Sequence record: SRR31156797_3690
Direction: 5' to 3' (one strand)
DNA length: 64,000 bases
Shown here piece by piece: positions 59,378 through 64,000 of the stretch. A program made the translations under genes and the position numbers. The notes under the pieces were generated by a model, which was not told where the DNA came from, searched no databases, and was given only the letters and a program-made list of their open reading frames with translations. The first letter of the stretch is position 1. Every line of letters starts with the position of its first letter.

Positions 59378-60238
59378 TTATAAATACTTCTCACGAAAAT
59401 CGGCAATGGCTTGGCGTGAGGCATAGATATTGCGTGCCAGCTTTTCATTCTTGCTTAAAAAGACATAGAAAAGGACATCGACCGCCAATAGGTGGGCGAT
59501 AATCGAATTCGTAGCAGCACTACGTTGGTTGGCTTCTTTGGAACGGGACACTTGCAGGGGAACATCCGCCAACTTTGTTAATGGATTACTGCCAAATCGG
59601 GTGAGTGACAGAATCGGGACGCCAAGATTTTTAACGATTTCTGCTAAGTGAACCATCTCAGGCGTGTGTCCACTGTTGGAAATGACCCAGAGGAGACTTT
59701 TTTTCTCGTTTTTGACGAGTTGCGGCAACAAGAGATTGTAGTCATTTTCAAACACGACGATTTTGCCTAAACGGGTCCATTTTTGTTGGATATCTTGTGC
59801 GATCAATGAAGAAGCACCGATCCCGCAGACAAAGATTCGCTCACGAGTCGCGATCAGTTCAGCGGCAGCCAACATCAGCTGTTCTTCTAACAATTGGGCC
59901 GTCTCATTCATAGTCACCTGTGCATTGTGGCTTAATTTAGATGTGATGGCATGAAAGGGCTCATTTAATTCAACATCGGCATAGCCCAAGTTTTCATTGG
60001 CATTTTGGCGCAAGCCGGATTCCGCAGATAATTGTATTTTTAAATCTGTCAAACTAGCAAAGCCGGTTTTTTTCGCAAAGCGTACGACAGTCGGCGCACT
60101 GATCCCAGTGGCTTCTGCTAATTGACTCGCAGTCATCGACGGCACTTTTTCAGGATTGGCCTCCATGAATGCGAAGAGTTTCTTCTCAGAAAGCGATAAT
60201 TCATTTTTCATGCTCTCGATTCGGGAAAGAACGCTCAT
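59378..60238 (-). CDS. RpiR/MurR family regulator
   Basis: HTH SAPTVVRFAKKTGF; SIS domain GIGAS, ISNSG. Confidence 0.9.
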   Translation of the reverse strand: MSVLSRIESMKNELSLSEKKLFAFMEANPEKVPSMTASQLAEATGISAPTVVRFAKKTGFASLTDLKIQLSAESGLRQNANENLGYADVELNEPFHAITSKLSHNAQVTMNETAQLLEEQLMLAAAELIATRERIFVCGIGASSLIAQDIQQKWTRLGKIVVFENDYNLLLPQLVKNEKKSLLWVISNSGHTPEMVHLAEIVKNLGVPILSLTRFGSNPLTKLADVPLQVSRSKEANQRSAATNSIIAHLLAVDVLFYVFLSKNEKLARNIYASRQAIADFREKYL

Positions 60239-60330
60239 CCTTACACTTCCTTTAGATAGAGTAGTATCCTAAGTATAACATAAGTTTTGGAGGAGCTTTC
60301 AAAAGAAACGAAAAGAATAGGTAGATAAAC

Positions 60331-60454
60331 TTGCTTTTTTCCTTAGAATCAAGTAAAGTAATTACGTGTGAAAAGCACAGTACCTGTTACTTGGTTTAAC
60401 GAATCACCAACGTTTTACTCAGTCGCAGGGGAAAAAGAAAAAGAGGTGAAAAAC
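60331..60454 (+). promoter_or_regulatory. rpsO promoter and structured leader (probable S15 autoregulatory RNA)
   Basis: TTGCTT-17bp-TAAAGT, then about 90 nt of leader with CCTG...CAGG and TTGGT/ACCAA pairings; Firmicutes rpsO leaders bind S15. Confidence 0.55.
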
Positions 60455-60724
60455 ATGGCAATTTCAAAAGAACGCAAAAACGAAATCATCAACAAATTTG
60501 CACGTCATGAAGGAGATACTGGTTCTCCAGAAGTTCAAATCGCTGTTTTAACAGAAGAAATCAACCATTTGAACGAACATGCACGTATGCACAAAAAAGA
60601 CCACCATTCATACCGTGGGTTGATGAAAAAAGTTGGACATCGTCGTAACTTATTAGCTTACCTACGTCAAAAAGACGTACAACGTTACCGCGAATTAATC
60701 CAAGCTTTAGGATTACGTCGTTAA
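60455..60724 (+). CDS. rpsO: 30S ribosomal protein S15
   Basis: [26 protein letters not shown]. Confidence 0.98.
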   Translation: MAISKERKNEIINKFARHEGDTGSPEVQIAVLTEEINHLNEHARMHKKDHHSYRGLMKKVGHRRNLLAYLRQKDVQRYRELIQALGLRR

Positions 60725-60734
60725 TCAAACAAAG

Positions 60735-60767
60735 AAAAGTGAGGTTCAACCCGAATCTCACTTTTTT
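60735..60767 (+). terminator. Intrinsic terminator after rpsO
   Basis: AAAAGTGAGGTTC-AACCC-GAATCTCACTTTTTT. Confidence 0.8.
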
Positions 60768-60772
60768 GCTAT

Positions 60773-60963
60773 GAATCACTGCGACTGGGCGGCGCAAGCC
60801 GCACAGAGCAGATGATGAATAGTACTAGGCGAGGGAAACGAGCGTAGTGACCAAGCAGCGGAATCACTGCGACTGGGCGGCGCAAGTTGTACAGAGCAGA
60901 TGATGAAACCTACTAGGCGAGAGCAGCGAGCGTAGTGATCAAGCAGCGGAATCACTGCGACTG
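60773..60963. repeat. 88-bp tandem repeat (2 full units plus 15 bp)
   Basis: Units start GAATCACTGCGACTG at 60773, 60861 and 60949; units 1 and 2 differ at 10 of 88 positions by eye. Confidence 0.9.
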
Positions 60964-61194
60964 CAGTGTCGGCTAAAACAGCTGATGCAGTCTGACAGGT
61001 GATCTCGAGTCATCTAAAAAGTGAAACACCGAAAGAGCGGCCTTTTGACTGGTGAATCAAAAAGCGCAGCTAAAAAGAATTTTGGGTCCTTGTAAGCAGC
61101 ATCCTACTAACCAAATGAAAGCAGCGGAACGACATTCCGATTTTTTCATTTGTTTAGTAGTGACTTGCTGGGATCCGATGAAAAGGAGCAGAAC

Positions 61195-63312
61195 ATGACA
61201 GAAAAACAAGTATTCAAAACAACTTGGGGCGGCCGCCCATTAGAAGTAGAAGTTGGCCAATTAGCCAAACAAGCAAACGGAGCTGTATTGGTTCGTTATG
61301 GCGATACGGTTGTCCTAAGTGCAGCGGTTGCATCTAAGGAAGCAAAAGATACCGACTTTTTCCCATTAACAATCAATTACGAAGAAAAAATGTATGCCGT
61401 AGGGAAAGTACCTGGTGGCTTTATCAAACGGGAAGGACGTCCAAGTACGGAAGCAACCTTGACTGCCCGCTTGATCGATCGTCCGATCCGTCCAATGTTT
61501 GCGGAAGGTTTCCGTAACGAAGTACAAGTAACAAACATCGTAATGAGTGTTGAACAAGATTGTACGCCAGCAATGGCGGCAATGTTAGGTTCTTCTTTAG
61601 CATTGTCTATTTCAGATATCCCGTTTGACGGACCGATCGCTGGTGTTGATGTTGGTCGGGTCAATGGTGAGTACGTCTTGAATCCAACAGTAGAACAAGC
61701 AGAACAAACTGATATCGAATTGACAGTAGCTGGAACGAAAAAAGCTATCAACATGGTTGAATCAGGCGCGAAGGAAGTTTCTGAAGAAGACATGTTAGGT
61801 GCGTTATTATTCGGTTTTGATGCTATCCAAGAATTGGTTGCCTTCCAAGAAGAAGTTGTCGCAGCTGTGGGTAAACCAAAAATGGAAGTCAAATTGTTAC
61901 AAGTAGATGCTGACTTGAAAAAAGAAATTTTCGACGGCTACTACCAAACAATGAAAACTGCTGTTATGACTGAAGAAAAATTGGCTCGTGAAGACGAGAT
62001 CGATAAAGTCAAAGACACAGTGAAAGAAGTGTATGCAGAAAAATTTGCTGGACATGAAGAGGAAGCACAATTCTTGAAAGAAGTGAAACAAATCGCGGAA
62101 GATCTTGAAAAAGATGTGGTTCGCGAATTGATCACCATCGACAAGATTCGTCCGGATGGCCGTCAATTAGACGAAATCCGTCCATTGGCATCAGAAGTTG
62201 GCTTATTGCCACGTGTTCATGGTTCTGGTCTATTTACTCGGGGACAAACCCAAGCATTGTCTGCTTGTACATTAGCACCTTTAGGCGAACACCAAATCAT
62301 TGATGGATTAGGGGTTGAAGAATCAAAACGATTCATCCACCATTACAACTTCCCTCAATTTTCTGTTGGTTCGACTGGTCGTGCCGGCTCACCAGGACGT
62401 CGTGAAATCGGTCATGGTGCATTAGGCGAACGTGCCTTAGCACAAGTGATTCCTGATGAAACAGACTTCCCTTACACAATCCGTCTCGTTGCAGAAGTAT
62501 TAGAATCAAATGGTTCTTCTTCTCAAGCAAGTATCTGTGCAGGAACCTTAGCATTGATGGATGCAGGGGTGCCAATCAAAGCACCAGTTGCAGGTATCGC
62601 AATGGGACTTGTATCTGATGGTGAAAACTACACGATCTTAACTGATATTCAAGGCTTAGAAGATCACCTTGGCGATATGGACTTTAAAGTTGCTGGAACC
62701 AAAGATGGGATCACTGCGTTACAAATGGATATCAAGATTCAAGGAATCACTGAACAAATCTTGACAGAAGCATTAGATCAAGCGAAAAAAGCACGGATGG
62801 AAATCTTAAATGAATTGACATCAACATTGGCTGCTCCTCGTGAAGAGTTAAGCCAATACGCACCGAAGATCGAAATGATCCAAATCGATCCTGCGAAGAT
62901 CAAAGATGTAATCGGTAAAGGCGGCGACACCATCAATGGCATCATTGATGAAACTGGCGTGAAAATCGATATTGATCAAGACGGAAAAGTTTCGATTGCT
63001 TCTGCTGATGCAGAAATGATCCAAAAAGCTATCAAGATCATTGAAGAATTGACGAAAGAAGTAAAAGTTGGCGAAGTGTACCTTGGGAAAGTTGTCCGTG
63101 TTGAAAAATTCGGTGCGTTTGTCAACTTGATCAAAGGCAAAGACGGCTTAGTTCACATTTCACAACTTGCGAACGAACGGGTCAACAAAGTAGAAGACGT
63201 TGTCAAAGAAGGCGACGAAATCTTAGTGAAGGTCACAGAAATCGACAAACAAGGCCGTGTGAACCTTTCAAGAAAAGCACTATTGAACGAAGATAAAGCA
63301 GAGCAAAAATAA
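61195..63312 (+). CDS. pnp: Polyribonucleotide nucleotidyltransferase (PNPase)
   Basis: [51 protein letters not shown] and S1 domains. Confidence 0.98.
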   Translation: MTEKQVFKTTWGGRPLEVEVGQLAKQANGAVLVRYGDTVVLSAAVASKEAKDTDFFPLTINYEEKMYAVGKVPGGFIKREGRPSTEATLTARLIDRPIRPMFAEGFRNEVQVTNIVMSVEQDCTPAMAAMLGSSLALSISDIPFDGPIAGVDVGRVNGEYVLNPTVEQAEQTDIELTVAGTKKAINMVESGAKEVSEEDMLGALLFGFDAIQELVAFQEEVVAAVGKPKMEVKLLQVDADLKKEIFDGYYQTMKTAVMTEEKLAREDEIDKVKDTVKEVYAEKFAGHEEEAQFLKEVKQIAEDLEKDVVRELITIDKIRPDGRQLDEIRPLASEVGLLPRVHGSGLFTRGQTQALSACTLAPLGEHQIIDGLGVEESKRFIHHYNFPQFSVGSTGRAGSPGRREIGHGALGERALAQVIPDETDFPYTIRLVAEVLESNGSSSQASICAGTLALMDAGVPIKAPVAGIAMGLVSDGENYTILTDIQGLEDHLGDMDFKVAGTKDGITALQMDIKIQGITEQILTEALDQAKKARMEILNELTSTLAAPREELSQYAPKIEMIQIDPAKIKDVIGKGGDTINGIIDETGVKIDIDQDGKVSIASADAEMIQKAIKIIEELTKEVKVGEVYLGKVVRVEKFGAFVNLIKGKDGLVHISQLANERVNKVEDVVKEGDEILVKVTEIDKQGRVNLSRKALLNEDKAEQK

Positions 63313-63338
63313 GCTGCTATTTCTAAATTATCGCATTG

Positions 63339-63377
63339 AAAAGCAAAGTCTAGGAAACTAGACTTTGCTTTTTTTTT
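63339..63377 (+). terminator. Intrinsic terminator after pnp
   Basis: AAAAGCAAAGTCTAG-GAAA-CTAGACTTTGCTTTTTTT. Confidence 0.9.
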
Positions 63378-63531
63378 GTCTAAGTAGCACATCTTCAAAA
63401 GGGTCTTACTTGACAGGAGTTATTTTTTGCTTTAGTGCGAAAAATAAGAGATAATTCAGAATATTGTCTTTGCCATGCAAGCAATAATTCTAAGATGTTA
63501 AACGCATCTTATTTAGGATAAGGAGTACGAT

Positions 63532-64000
63532 ATGAAACAAACATTTCCAACTGATTTTTTATGGGGAGCATCGATTTCCGCTCACCAAACCGAAGGAGCG
63601 TATCAAACCGATGGCAAGGGACTGAGTGTCCAAGATACTCGTCCAAGAGACAACCACAAGATCGCGGATTTTACTGTGGCTGTCGACCATTACCACCAGT
63701 ACAAAGAGGATATCGCCTTGTTAGCAGAAATGGGGATCAAAATTTTCCGTTTTTCGATCGCTTGGTCGCGAATTTTTCCAGAAGGGCGCGGTACTATTAA
63801 TCAAAAAGGATTGGATCATTACAGCGATGTCATTGATGAATTGCTGAAACACGGCATTCAGCCCTTTGTAACGTTGAACCATTTTGACTTGCCGCAAGCA
63901 TTGGAAGACGAAGGCGGCTGGACAAAACGCAGCACCGTTGAGGCATTTGCCGCATACGCCAAAACGCTGTTTACAGCCTATGGGGATCGAGTGACGCACT
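63532..64000 (+). CDS. GH1 (6-phospho-)beta-glucosidase, 3' end outside window (absent from the ORF track)
   Basis: AAGGAG RBS; MKQTFPTDFLWGASISAHQTEGAY...DHYHQYKEDIALLAEMG..FRFSIAWSRIFP...TLNHFDLP. Confidence 0.9.
   Translation, partial: MKQTFPTDFLWGASISAHQTEGAYQTDGKGLSVQDTRPRDNHKIADFTVAVDHYHQYKEDIALLAEMGIKIFRFSIAWSRIFPEGRGTINQKGLDHYSDVIDELLKHGIQPFVTLNHFDLPQALEDEGGWTKRSTVEAFAAYAKTLFTAYGDRVTH

Noticed and set aside
60773-60963. CRISPR array or hammerhead ribozyme
   Set aside because: Units are contiguous near-identical 88-mers without unique spacers, there are no cas genes, and GATGATGA lacks the CTGANGA hammerhead core
63561-63999. ORF-track entries 63561-63800 (+) and 63721-63999 (-)
   Set aside because: The real gene is the GH1 starting at 63532 in another frame, which runs off the window

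Overview
Core chromosomal segment of a low-GC Firmicute, almost certainly an Enterococcus (gene content and style fit the E. casseliflavus/gallinarum group; the species is an inference). Order: cshA (partial)-acpS-alr-orphan mazF-small ORF-rlmN; a DUF969/DUF979/pcp pyroglutamate module; oppA, a divergent DUF3899 gene and oppBCDF; an NrtR-like regulator; metG; a yybP-ykoY riboswitch with a P-type ATPase; an Lsa-type ABC-F with an attenuator leader; a Ugp-like ABC operon containing an RNase J-like metallohydrolase, then a nucleotidase; pgl and small genes; a roughly 22 kb glycan utilisation locus (ROK, membrane AraC, 2x GH20, 2x GH29, GH38, GH3, GH1, ABC importer); an RpiR regulator; rpsO; an 88-bp tandem repeat; pnp; a partial GH1. 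The standout is a nuclease-dead, transposon-free TnpB (TldR-type) placed as the last gene of the oppBCDF operon. It is followed by an omega-RNA-like guide locus whose guide seed (TAATTAT) matches a TTTAA-flanked site inside the -35/-10 spacer of the oppA promoter in the same window, which points to an RNA-guided repressor circuit acting on peptide uptake. No CRISPR array, tRNA, rRNA or intact IS was seen.
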